A stretch of 64,000 bases of DNA from an uncultured Acidimicrobiia bacterium (GTDB lineage: Bacteria; Acidobacteriota; Terriglobia; Versatilivoradales; Versatilivoraceae). Positions 20,581 through 29,284 of the stretch are shown in pieces. The translations under genes and the position numbers were made by a program. Every line of letters begins with the position of its first letter. The first letter of the stretch is position 1. Location of the stretch: the NCBI GenBank assembly GCA_963786955.1, contig CAWBAT010000007.1, positions 128,001 through 192,000 on the forward strand, written 5' to 3'. The notes below the pieces were generated by a model. The model had not been told where the DNA came from. It worked only from the letters and a program-made list of their open reading frames with translations, and did no database searches.

Positions 20581-20757
20581 CGAATGCTTAAAAAATTACT
20601 TGACACGCAAAATTGCCTAACGATGGGGCTCTCGAAGGAGGAAGCGGCCTCCTGCCGCTTCATAAATGCCCAAACCCCTAGGCGCCAGCTAGCTGGCGCC
20701 GGCCAAGGCGGCAGCACGCTGCCGCACTCCAAGGGACTCACCTAAAATATTCCCCCA

Positions 20758-21789
20758 TTAAAACACTTTCCAGTAAGATCCGAAGTTTGCTTTTGATTTA
20801 GCCTGAATGACTTCAAATAGTTCACTGGGCCTCCAGGAACGCGGCGGGCTGCCATGTCCTGTCAGTTCGTCCAGAGTCTTGAGCACGCTGGTCTGCAGCC
20901 CTTTGAGATGGTAACCACCCTCCAATAAGAAAACCACTTTCCCGTCACAGACGTCCTGGGCAAGCGAAAGAATGGTTTGCGTGATCCCCGCAAATCCCGC
21001 GGGGGTCACTTCCATTCCAGCAAGAGGATCTTCAACGTAAGCGTCATAGCCCGCAGAGACAAGGATAAGATCGGGACGGTAGGATTTCCCAATCGGCGCG
21101 ATGATCTTGTCGAATACTAGATTATACGTGTCATCACTGGAATGGGCTGGAAGAGGAAAATTTATAGTAAACCCGACGCCTTCTTTTTCGCCGATTTCAG
21201 GGAAATTCCCTGTCCCCGGATAAAACGGAAATTGGTGTGTCGAGACATATAGGACATCGGAGCGGTTATAGAAGGCATTCTGCGTCCCATTGCCATGGTG
21301 TACGTCAAAATCAATGACCAAGATTCTTGAAAGCCGGTATTTTTCCAAGGCATACGCCGCTCCTATGGCTACATTGCTAAAGAGGCAAAAACCCATACTC
21401 CGGTCAGGTTCCGCGTGATGTCCCGGTGGACGTACGAACCCAAAACCATTTTGGATTTCCCCGGCTTCGACCGCATCGATCAGAACCAACAGACTCCCTA
21501 CCGCATGCAGAGCCACTTCATAACTTTCAGCGCTGGCAATGGTATCTGCATCCAGCTGGGTACGAGGTTTCCCGGATGTCTGTTGAATGGTGCGGATATA
21601 AGATGTCGGGTGAATGAGCCGGAGTTCTTCTTCTGTAGCGCGCCGTGGCTTGAAATGAACCAAATGATCGTGGTGCCCATAGGTCCGAAGACCCTCTCCG
21701 ACAGCAATCAGTCTCTCTTTTCTCTCAGGATGGTAGAGTCCGGTGTCATGGAGCAGAAACATATCATCGTGGACAATTCCTGTTGTCAT
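20758..21789 (-). CDS. histone deacetylase family protein
   Basis: HPE...R, RPPGHHAE, GFCLF.N, DFDVHHGNGTQ, SAGYD, LEGGY. Confidence 0.95.
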   Translation of the reverse strand: MTTGIVHDDMFLLHDTGLYHPERKERLIAVGEGLRTYGHHDHLVHFKPRRATEEELRLIHPTSYIRTIQQTSGKPRTQLDADTIASAESYEVALHAVGSLLVLIDAVEAGEIQNGFGFVRPPGHHAEPDRSMGFCLFSNVAIGAAYALEKYRLSRILVIDFDVHHGNGTQNAFYNRSDVLYVSTHQFPFYPGTGNFPEIGEKEGVGFTINFPLPAHSSDDTYNLVFDKIIAPIGKSYRPDLILVSAGYDAYVEDPLAGMEVTPAGFAGITQTILSLAQDVCDGKVVFLLEGGYHLKGLQTSVLKTLDELTGHGSPPRSWRPSELFEVIQAKSKANFGSYWKVF

Positions 21790-22994
21790 GGGCAGCTATT
21801 CTTAATCCAACCGCCTCCGATGACATTTTCCGCTTCATAAAACACAACAGCCTGGCCAGGAGTAATGGCACGTTGTGGTTCATCGAATTCAACATAGACC
21901 GATCCCTCTTCAGCAAGGCTGACCGTGGCTGGCGCCGCCAGATGACGGCTGCGAATTTGAGCCTCGACACGGATCGGTGAGGTGAGCTTTTCGATGGAGA
22001 TCCAATTCAGTTGATGAGCGATCAGTGCCTGCTTCAGCAAACCTTCAGGCTCTCCCACAACCACACGGCTGTTTTCTACGTCGGTCTGGATCACATAGAG
22101 TGGCTTGCCGACGGCCACTCCCAATCCTCTTCGCTGCCCCACGGTGTACTGATGGATCCCGGTATGATGACCCAATACCGTGCCCTCCTCGTTTACAATT
22201 TCCCCGGGCCGCACGATTCCTGCCGGAGAGGATGTCTGCCTGGAAGCACGGGCTGAGGCGGAAACGGTCACGGGAGCGGGTTCAATGCCCTCTTCTGCTC
22301 CCGCCAGCGTTTCTGCCAGATAATTTTCCACGAATTCTCCGTAGTCCTTGCTTGGAATGAAACAAATCTCCTGGCTGTCTGGCTTCTCAAAAACGGGCAA
22401 ATGATATTTCTCAGCCATTGCCCGAACCGTCGTCTTAGGAAATTCTCCTAAGGGAAAGATCACTCGACCGAGCTGAGCCTGGGTCATTTCAAAAAGGAAA
22501 TAAGACTGATCCCGATTGCGATCAACCCCCCGCAACAATTCGAAGCGCCCAGTGCCCTGGTTCTGCCGGATTCTGGCGTAGTGCCCCGTCGCCATCGTGC
22601 TGGCTCCAATTTGCCCCGCTCGCGTCAATAATTGATCAAACTTCATGAACGTATTACAACGAACACACGGAATGGGAGTTTCGCCAGCCAAGTAGGATTG
22701 CACGAATGGAAGGACCACTTCCTTTTCGAAAGCTTTCTCGAAATTGACCACATAGAATGGAATATTCAAGTAAGTGGCGACGCGTCGGGCGTCATAGATG
22801 TCGTCGATCGAGCAACAGGTTCCGGATTTCTTCAGCTCCTCTTCGGTTCTTCCGGAGGTGGACTCCGGGCGGGTGTAGTCCCACAGCTGCATGGACAGGC
22901 CAATCACGTCGTATCCCTGCTCTCTAAGCAAGGCTGCCGTCGTCGAGCTGTCGACTCCTCCACTCATGGCCACAACAATTTTTTCTTGCGTCAA
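21786..22994 (-). CDS. mnmA: tRNA 2-thiouridine(34) synthase
   Basis: AMSGGVDSS, TPIPCVRCN, ATGHY, DQSYFL, DSQEICF, TPGQAVVFY. Confidence 0.97.
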   Translation of the reverse strand: MTQEKIVVAMSGGVDSSTTAALLREQGYDVIGLSMQLWDYTRPESTSGRTEEELKKSGTCCSIDDIYDARRVATYLNIPFYVVNFEKAFEKEVVLPFVQSYLAGETPIPCVRCNTFMKFDQLLTRAGQIGASTMATGHYARIRQNQGTGRFELLRGVDRNRDQSYFLFEMTQAQLGRVIFPLGEFPKTTVRAMAEKYHLPVFEKPDSQEICFIPSKDYGEFVENYLAETLAGAEEGIEPAPVTVSASARASRQTSSPAGIVRPGEIVNEEGTVLGHHTGIHQYTVGQRRGLGVAVGKPLYVIQTDVENSRVVVGEPEGLLKQALIAHQLNWISIEKLTSPIRVEAQIRSRHLAAPATVSLAEEGSVYVEFDEPQRAITPGQAVVFYEAENVIGGGWIKNSCP

Positions 22995-23045
22995 AATAGC
23001 CTTCCTTCTCTAAACCTAGGCGTACGATTAAGATCCAAAAACGGT

Positions 23046-24212
23046 TTAATATTTTGCAATCCCTTGTGGTGTCATGAGTCGCAGTCGGCGGACCATAGCC
23101 GGAAGCAAACGGATCACCTCATTCACTTCTTCCTCTGTACTGTAACGGGAAAAGCTGAAGCGGACTGACTGAAAAGCTTCCTCCGGGGAAAATCCCAGCG
23201 CCAGCAAGACATGGGAGGGCTCGATCGAGCCGGATGAACAGGCTGACCCGGTTGAGCAGGCGACACCTGACAAATCGAGATTGATCACCATTGCTTCCGA
23301 TTCCACGTCTTCAAATCGAAGATTGGAAGTATTGGGAATACGCAGATCAGGATCGCCATTTACAGAAACCCCAGGCATGTTCTCGATCACCTTGCTTTCG
23401 AAGTCATTTCTAAGTGCAGCCATATTCAGTGATACTTCTGCAAGCTGAGTCTCCGCCATTTCAGCCGCCATCCCCAAGCCTACAATCTGGGGGACGTTTT
23501 CGGTTCCTGCTCGCCGGCTTCTTTCGTGTCCACCTCCATAAATGAGAGGATGCAGACGTGTGCCTTTGCGAACGTATAATGCGCCGATCCCTTTGGGGGC
23601 ATGAAATTTATGCCCGGCCAAGGAAAGCAGATCGACACCCAATGTGTTAACGTCGAGCGGCACTTTCCCGGCTGCCTGTACGGCATCCGTATGAAAATAA
23701 ATGTTATGTTCGCTGGCAATCTCGCCAATGTCTCGAAGGGGCTGAATGGTTCCGATTTCGTTGTTCGAATGCATGATACTGACTAACAAGGTATCCGGAC
23801 CGATCGACTTCCTGACTTCCAACGGGTCAACATGACCCTTCCCGTCGACCCTTAAGTACGTCACTTCGACGCCAATTTTTTGCAGCTCCCGGCAGGTGTA
23901 GAGGACGGCAGGGTGCTCAATTTCGGTGGTGATCATGTGCTTTTTCGCTCTGACCGAGGATTCAATGATGCCGCGGATGGCCAAATTGTCGCTTTCGGTG
24001 CCTCCACTGGTGAAAACGATCTCGTTCGGCTCTGCGCCAATCAGTTGAGCTACTTGCTGACGGGCTCGATCCAATGCAGCTTTGGCCTCTTGACCAAAAC
24101 CGTGAACACTAGAGGGGTTTCCATAGCTGTCACGATAGTAGGGCAGCATGGCCTCTAATACTTCGGGGGCAACTTGGGTGGTGGCATTATTGTCGAAATA
24201 GATTCTCTTCAT
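23046..24212 (-). CDS. iscS: cysteine desulfurase (IscS/NifS)
   Basis: YFDNNATT, GNPSS, FTSGGTE, HTDAVQ, GHKFH, STGSACSS. Confidence 0.93.
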   Translation of the reverse strand: MKRIYFDNNATTQVAPEVLEAMLPYYRDSYGNPSSVHGFGQEAKAALDRARQQVAQLIGAEPNEIVFTSGGTESDNLAIRGIIESSVRAKKHMITTEIEHPAVLYTCRELQKIGVEVTYLRVDGKGHVDPLEVRKSIGPDTLLVSIMHSNNEIGTIQPLRDIGEIASEHNIYFHTDAVQAAGKVPLDVNTLGVDLLSLAGHKFHAPKGIGALYVRKGTRLHPLIYGGGHERSRRAGTENVPQIVGLGMAAEMAETQLAEVSLNMAALRNDFESKVIENMPGVSVNGDPDLRIPNTSNLRFEDVESEAMVINLDLSGVACSTGSACSSGSIEPSHVLLALGFSPEEAFQSVRFSFSRYSTEEEVNEVIRLLPAMVRRLRLMTPQGIAKY

Positions 24213-24489
24213 AATTTCCTACGGTCAACGATTCCTCGACTTCTCAAGCCTTTAAGTATAACTGAAAGAGTACGGAAACTGACGAAAAAGAGTCTGTTTG
24301 CGGATGGGAAAGCGGTGGTGGTGCGGCGTCGGCTCTGATGGCAAATGAATTCAATAAAAGGATGGAAAGGATTTCCAGAAACTAGATTATCCTTGTTTCA
24401 TCCACTTCGTTGAATTGGTCAATCCTCGATCTATTAGCAAGTTTCACCTTCTTCCCCTAGAACAGACTAGCCAAATTGCCTGAAACCTG

Positions 24490-24518
24490 TTGACCACAAA
24501 AGAGGTATCTGTTAAGTT
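24490..24518 (+). promoter_or_regulatory. candidate sigma70 promoter of thrS operon
   Basis: TTGACC-17bp-TAAGTT with TG extension. Confidence 0.4.
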
Positions 24519-24586
24519 ACAGCATTTGTTTGAAGGGCTGTGTGGCGATCATCCCTTGGCAGCCTGGATGGATGATTTCTATAATT

Positions 24587-26512
24587 ATGAAGGAAATTAC
24601 GATCACCCTGCCCGACGGCGGGCACAAAAAATTTGGAGAAGGCGTCAAAGCAGTTGAAATTGCTCAATCCATTAGCAGGGGACTGGCGGACGCAGCAGTC
24701 GTAGCGAGGGTTAACGGGAAACTCATCGATTTGTCGAGGCCCATTGAAGAGGATTCAACCGTAGCGATACTTACCGCGAAGAATCCGGAATCCTTAGCCG
24801 TCTATCGTCATAGTTCCGCTCACCTACTGGCTTTGGCTGTGACCACGCTCTTCCCTGAAGTTCAGCTCGGGATTGGACCTCCTGTTGAGAATGGTTTCTT
24901 CTACGATTTCTATCGCGAACACCCATTTACCGCCGAGGACCTGGAAAAGATCGAAAAGAAGATGGGGGAGTTCATTCAGCAGGACCTGCCCTATGAACGG
25001 ATCATGATGGATAAGGCAGAGGGGATGGAATGGTTTCGCCAGCACGGAGCCACACTGAAGGTTGAACTCATCACAGAGAAAGCGGAAGATCGTTTCTCTT
25101 GTTATACCGTTGGGACGCTAGTCGATTTCTGTTTAGGCCCTCACGTCCCTTCAACGGGTAAGATCAAGGCCATTAAGCTGCTTTCTGTGGCAGGCGCTTA
25201 TTGGAAAGGCGATGAGCGAAATCTCCAATTACAGCGGATATACGGAACCTCGTTTTTTTCGAAGCAGGAACTGGACGACTTCCTGAAACAGCTGGAGGAG
25301 GCCAAGAAAAGGGATCATCGGAAGATCGGAAAAGATTTGGACCTATTTAGCCTTCAGGAACAAGCGGGTCCAGGTTTGGTCTTCTGGCATCCTAAAGGGG
25401 CATTGATTCGCTCCGAAATTGAAAATTTCTGGAAGGCCGAACATTTGCGCGCGGGCTACGATTTCGTTTACACGCCGCACATTGCCAAGCTTGATTTGTG
25501 GCGGACGAGCGGGCACGTCGATTTTTATAAGGACAGTATGTATTCTGTCATGAAAATTGACGAAACGGATTACCAGCTCAAGCCCATGAATTGTCCCTTT
25601 CACATCCTGATCTATAAGAACGATCTCAAGAGTTACCGCGATCTTCCGTTGCGCTACGCCGAAGCGGGGACAGTCTATCGTTACGAACGCTCCGGGGTTT
25701 TGGCGGGGCTTTTCCGCGTTCGGGGCTTTACTCAGGATGATGCCCATATCTTCTGCCAGCCTGAAAAGATCGAAGAGGAGATTCAAGGAGTTATTGATTT
25801 CACCCTGCATATCCTCAAGAGTTTCGGGTTTGTCGATTTTGAAATTTGCGTGTCAACGCGCCCAGAGAAATTTGTTGGGAGCCTGGAAGACTGGCAGCGA
25901 GCGGAAGAGGCGTTGAAGCGATCCGTCGAGGCAAAGAAATTGTCCTATAGCGTGGAAGAGGGCGGGGGAGCCTTTTACGGGCCTAAAATCGACGTGAAGA
26001 TCAAAGACGCCATCGGGCGCTCCTGGCAATGTTCGACAATCCAGTTCGATTTTAATTTGCCAGAGCGGTTCGATATTTCCTACATCGGAGAGGATGGAAA
26101 GCCCCACCGTCCTTACATGGTTCATCGGGCGTTGTTAGGGTCAATGGAGCGGTTTTTTGGGGTGCTGATTGAGCACTATGCTGGGGCGTTTCCTTTATGG
26201 CTTGCTCCGGTGCAGGTGATCTTGTTACCCATCAGCGAACGGCATATCAGTAGGGTTCAAGAACTGGAGACCAACTTGAATGCCGCTCAGTTTAGGACGA
26301 AATCTGATCTGAAAAATGAGAAGATGGGTCTGAAGATTCGCCGTGCCCAACTGGAAAAAATTCCTTACATGGTTGTCATCGGGGACAAGGAAGCTGAAAA
26401 TGGGACGCTCTCAGTGCGGAACCGGTTTGAAGGAGATATGGGTTCCATGTCCTACGAACAATTTCTTAGTTTGATTCAAGGTTTGAAAACGACTCGAGCC
26501 GTAAAACCCTAA
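24587..26512 (+). CDS. thrS: threonine--tRNA ligase
   Basis: TGS domain, HSSAH, DHRKIG, KPMNCP, RVRGFTQDDAH; ATG 24587. Confidence 0.98.
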   Translation: MKEITITLPDGGHKKFGEGVKAVEIAQSISRGLADAAVVARVNGKLIDLSRPIEEDSTVAILTAKNPESLAVYRHSSAHLLALAVTTLFPEVQLGIGPPVENGFFYDFYREHPFTAEDLEKIEKKMGEFIQQDLPYERIMMDKAEGMEWFRQHGATLKVELITEKAEDRFSCYTVGTLVDFCLGPHVPSTGKIKAIKLLSVAGAYWKGDERNLQLQRIYGTSFFSKQELDDFLKQLEEAKKRDHRKIGKDLDLFSLQEQAGPGLVFWHPKGALIRSEIENFWKAEHLRAGYDFVYTPHIAKLDLWRTSGHVDFYKDSMYSVMKIDETDYQLKPMNCPFHILIYKNDLKSYRDLPLRYAEAGTVYRYERSGVLAGLFRVRGFTQDDAHIFCQPEKIEEEIQGVIDFTLHILKSFGFVDFEICVSTRPEKFVGSLEDWQRAEEALKRSVEAKKLSYSVEEGGGAFYGPKIDVKIKDAIGRSWQCSTIQFDFNLPERFDISYIGEDGKPHRPYMVHRALLGSMERFFGVLIEHYAGAFPLWLAPVQVILLPISERHISRVQELETNLNAAQFRTKSDLKNEKMGLKIRRAQLEKIPYMVVIGDKEAENGTLSVRNRFEGDMGSMSYEQFLSLIQGLKTTRAVKP

Positions 26513-26550
26513 ATCGCCATTGGCGTCAGACGAAAAACGGAGGTACAGGT

Positions 26551-27063
26551 ATCAACAAACAGAGCATTCGAATTAATGATCGGATCAGGGCCCGCGAGCT
26601 TCGTGTGATCGATGAGGAAGGGAACCAACTGGGAATTATGACTCCTGTGGATGCCCTAAATTTGGCGAAGTCAAAGGATTTGGATCTTGTGGAAGTATCT
26701 CCGACTGCCCAGCCGCCGGTTTGTCGGATCATGAATTATGGGAAGTTCCTTTACCAGCTTAGTAAAAGGGCGCACGAGGCCAAAAAACATCAAAAAGTAA
26801 TTCAGGTCAAGGAAATAAAGTTTCGTCCCATGACCGATGAACATGATTATGAGTTCAAGAGAAATAACATCCTCCGATTCTTGGAAGAAGGGGATAAGGT
26901 AAAAGCGGGAGTGATGTTTCGAGGACGGGAAGTCACTCACAAGGAGATTGGACGTCAGCTCATCGCAAGACTCATCGCAGACGTTTCCCCCAAGGGGAAT
27001 GTCGAAGGAAACCCGAGAATGGAAGGCAACAACATGTTTGTGATATTTGCTCCAAAGAAATAG
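26551..27063 (+). CDS. infC: translation initiation factor IF-3 (probable non-canonical ATC start)
   Basis: RINDRIRARELRVID, DLVEVSP...PPVCRIMNYGK; GGAGGT 6 nt before in-frame ATC. Confidence 0.95.
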   Translation: MNKQSIRINDRIRARELRVIDEEGNQLGIMTPVDALNLAKSKDLDLVEVSPTAQPPVCRIMNYGKFLYQLSKRAHEAKKHQKVIQVKEIKFRPMTDEHDYEFKRNNILRFLEEGDKVKAGVMFRGREVTHKEIGRQLIARLIADVSPKGNVEGNPRMEGNNMFVIFAPKK

Positions 27064-27112
27064 CTCGGGATGAATGGACTTAAAGATTGATATATTGAAG
27101 AGGAGAATAGAA

Positions 27113-27310
27113 GTGCCAAAACTGAAAACACATAAAGGGGCCAAGAAACGTTTTAGCTTCACGGCTACCGGTAAGGTCAAGAGGGGACATTCGCATGCGC
27201 GTCACATTTTGACCAAAAAGACGACCAAGCGGAAAAGAAAGCTAGATCATACAGCGCTGGTGTGTGCTTCGGAAACGGCCAAGATTCGGCTTATGCTCCC
27301 GTATGCCTGA
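27113..27310 (+). CDS. rpmI: 50S ribosomal protein L35
   Basis: [13 protein letters not shown]; GTG start after AGGAG. Confidence 0.97.
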   Translation: MPKLKTHKGAKKRFSFTATGKVKRGHSHARHILTKKTTKRKRKLDHTALVCASETAKIRLMLPYA

Positions 27311-27428
27311 TCGCCTATTGGGAAAAGGGGACACTGAATCTCGAGACGATTCAGCGCTTCCCGCGTAGTCTGAAATCGCCCTACGGGATCGTATTTGTCT
27401 GACGCATTTTTATTGAGGAGAAGATCGA

Positions 27429-27788
27429 GTGCCAAGAGTAAAAAGAGGAACCACCCGGCGGGACCGGAGGAAAAAAACTTTAAAGCTGGCTTCAGGCTTC
27501 CGAGGAACGAAGAGTAAGCTTTATCGCTCTGCCAAGGAAGCTGTAATCAAGTCGTTGAAGTACTCGATGCGTGACCGTAGGGTCCGCAAGCGAGATTTTC
27601 GTAGGCTGTGGATTGTCAGAATTGGAGCCGCCGCAAAATTGAATGGATTGTCTTATAATCGGTTTATTTCGGGATTAAAACGGTCTGGGATCGACTTGGA
27701 CCGAAAAATTCTGGCGGATATGGCAGTCAAAGAACCGGAAGCCTTCGCACAGTTAGTCACTACGGCCAAACAGGCGCTGGCTGCTTAG
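27429..27788 (+). CDS. rplT: 50S ribosomal protein L20
   Basis: [24 protein letters not shown]. Confidence 0.98.
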   Translation: MPRVKRGTTRRDRRKKTLKLASGFRGTKSKLYRSAKEAVIKSLKYSMRDRRVRKRDFRRLWIVRIGAAAKLNGLSYNRFISGLKRSGIDLDRKILADMAVKEPEAFAQLVTTAKQALAA

Positions 27789-28091
27789 CGCAATTGCAAT
27801 TAATCAATGATACAAGTCCGGCTCGCATCACTCAATCCCCCCTTGCCAAGGGAATGGGTGAAAGAATTTTGCTGGGTCGGAAATGAATTGTTGAGAAGGC
27901 GTCATGCCTACAACACGGTGGCAGGCCCTTTGAAATTATTGTAGGCTTGGGGCTTTGTCAAAGCCCCAACCTCACGCGGCGTGACCCAATTTTTTCACAC
28001 CTTCTTGGGGACTATTTGGGGAGGGTGAAGAATTTCCGGTGATCCGCTCTTTCCTGGAATCGAAATCATTCAAGACAGTTTGAGGACAAGG

Positions 28092-28116
28092 AATGGGGCC
28101 GATGGCCCCATTTTTC
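28092..28116 (+). terminator. hairpin with U-tract upstream of pheS
   Basis: aatggggcc-gat-ggccccatt-tttt. Confidence 0.5.
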
Positions 28117-28153
28117 ATCTGTGGTATAGCCTAACGTTGAATTGAATAATCTC

Positions 28154-29176
28154 ATGATTGAAAAGATTGAAACGATTCGAAGCGGGCTCGCTAAGGAGCT
28201 CTCTGAAGTGAGTTCGGTTCAGGCGCTGGCTTCACTGCGAGACAAATTTCTTGGACGCAAGAAAGGAGTGCTGACTTTGATGATGAAGGACCTCCAGTCG
28301 CTGGCATCGGAACAGCGAAGAGAGGCCGGCAGGCAGTTGAATCTACTAAAGGATTGGGTAGAGAAGACCCTGCAGGACGAAGAACAGCGTCTGGCTGCTC
28401 ATGCTCTGAAGGCGGAACTTGCTGCCGAGATGATTGATATTACCATGCCGGGGAAGCGACGTCCCATCGGGCATATTCACCTTTTGACCCAGGTCCGAAC
28501 GGAAATCGAAGACATTTTCAGCTCCATGGGATATTCGATAGAGGATGGCCCCGAGATCGAGACCACCTTTCATAACTTTGAAGCGCTCAATATCCCCAAA
28601 CAGCATCCGGCCCGAGACGCTCAAGATACTTTCTATATTACCGAAAACTTGGTCCTTCGGACTCATACGTCGCCTGTGCAGGTACGGGTCATGAAAAGCC
28701 AGAAACCCCCGCTTAGGATCATCTGCCCCGGCAAGGTCTATCGCCGTGACAATCCGGATGCCACTCATTCTCCAGCATTCCAACAGGTTGAGGGTCTAGC
28801 TGTCGATGAAGGAATCACCTTTCGCGATCTTAAAGGAACCCTGGAGTATTTTTTGAAAGCATTTTTCAGCGCAAAGACGATCGTACGCTTCCGTCCCAGC
28901 TATTTTGCGTTTACCGAACCCAGTGCGGAAGTCGACATCTCATGCATCTTCTGCAAGGGAGCCGGCTGTCGGATCTGTAAGATGTCTGGCTGGATAGAAG
29001 TGCTTGGAGCCGGGATGGTTGACCCAGCGGTCTTCGATGGCGTGGGTTACGATTCGGAGAAGTATACCGGGTTTGCCTTTGGAGTGGGGATCGAGCGTTT
29101 TGCCATGCTGAAGTATTCCATCAATAACATTCAATACTTCTATGAAAGTGACATGCGGTTCTTGGAGCAGTTTTGA
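28154..29176 (+). CDS. pheS: phenylalanine--tRNA ligase alpha subunit
   Basis: HPARDAQDTFY, LRTHTSPVQ, FRPSYFAFTEPSAE, GFAFGVGIER. Confidence 0.98.
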   Translation: MIEKIETIRSGLAKELSEVSSVQALASLRDKFLGRKKGVLTLMMKDLQSLASEQRREAGRQLNLLKDWVEKTLQDEEQRLAAHALKAELAAEMIDITMPGKRRPIGHIHLLTQVRTEIEDIFSSMGYSIEDGPEIETTFHNFEALNIPKQHPARDAQDTFYITENLVLRTHTSPVQVRVMKSQKPPLRIICPGKVYRRDNPDATHSPAFQQVEGLAVDEGITFRDLKGTLEYFLKAFFSAKTIVRFRPSYFAFTEPSAEVDISCIFCKGAGCRICKMSGWIEVLGAGMVDPAVFDGVGYDSEKYTGFAFGVGIERFAMLKYSINNIQYFYESDMRFLEQF

Positions 29177-29180
29177 AAAG

Positions 29181-29264
29181 GCAGAAGGCAGTAGGCAAAC
29201 GGCAGAAAGCAGAAAGCAGAAAGCAGAAAGCAGAAAGCAGAAAGCAGAAAGCAGAAAGCAGAAA
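29181..29264 (+). repeat. 7-bp tandem repeat (GCAGAAA)x9 plus 3 degenerate units
   Basis: counted directly: perfect units 29202-29264; GCAGAAG/GCAGTAG/GCAAACG upstream. Confidence 0.95.
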
Positions 29265-29284
29265 GCTAATCTCCAATCTATTCT

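Larger units (their letters stand above)
18911..20620 (+). mobile_element. putative IS-like element, copy 2 (decayed), DUF1670 gene pair
   Basis: same terminal motifs; flanked by CGA at 18908-10 and 20621-23; removal restores CGCCCCGATGGGGC hairpin. Confidence 0.75.

Noticed and set aside
16831-20620. Inverted duplication or assembly fold-back artefact
   Set aside because: The two halves differ substantially at nucleotide level, have different 3-bp flanking repeats and show compensatory stem changes, so they are not a mirror copy.
24213-24586. T-box or other leader upstream of thrS (and of pheS, leuC)
   Set aside because: No T-box consensus or amino-acid-rich leader peptide recognised.
29181-29264. 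Possible CRISPR array
   Set aside because: Contiguous 7-mer units with no spacers, and no cas genes in the window.
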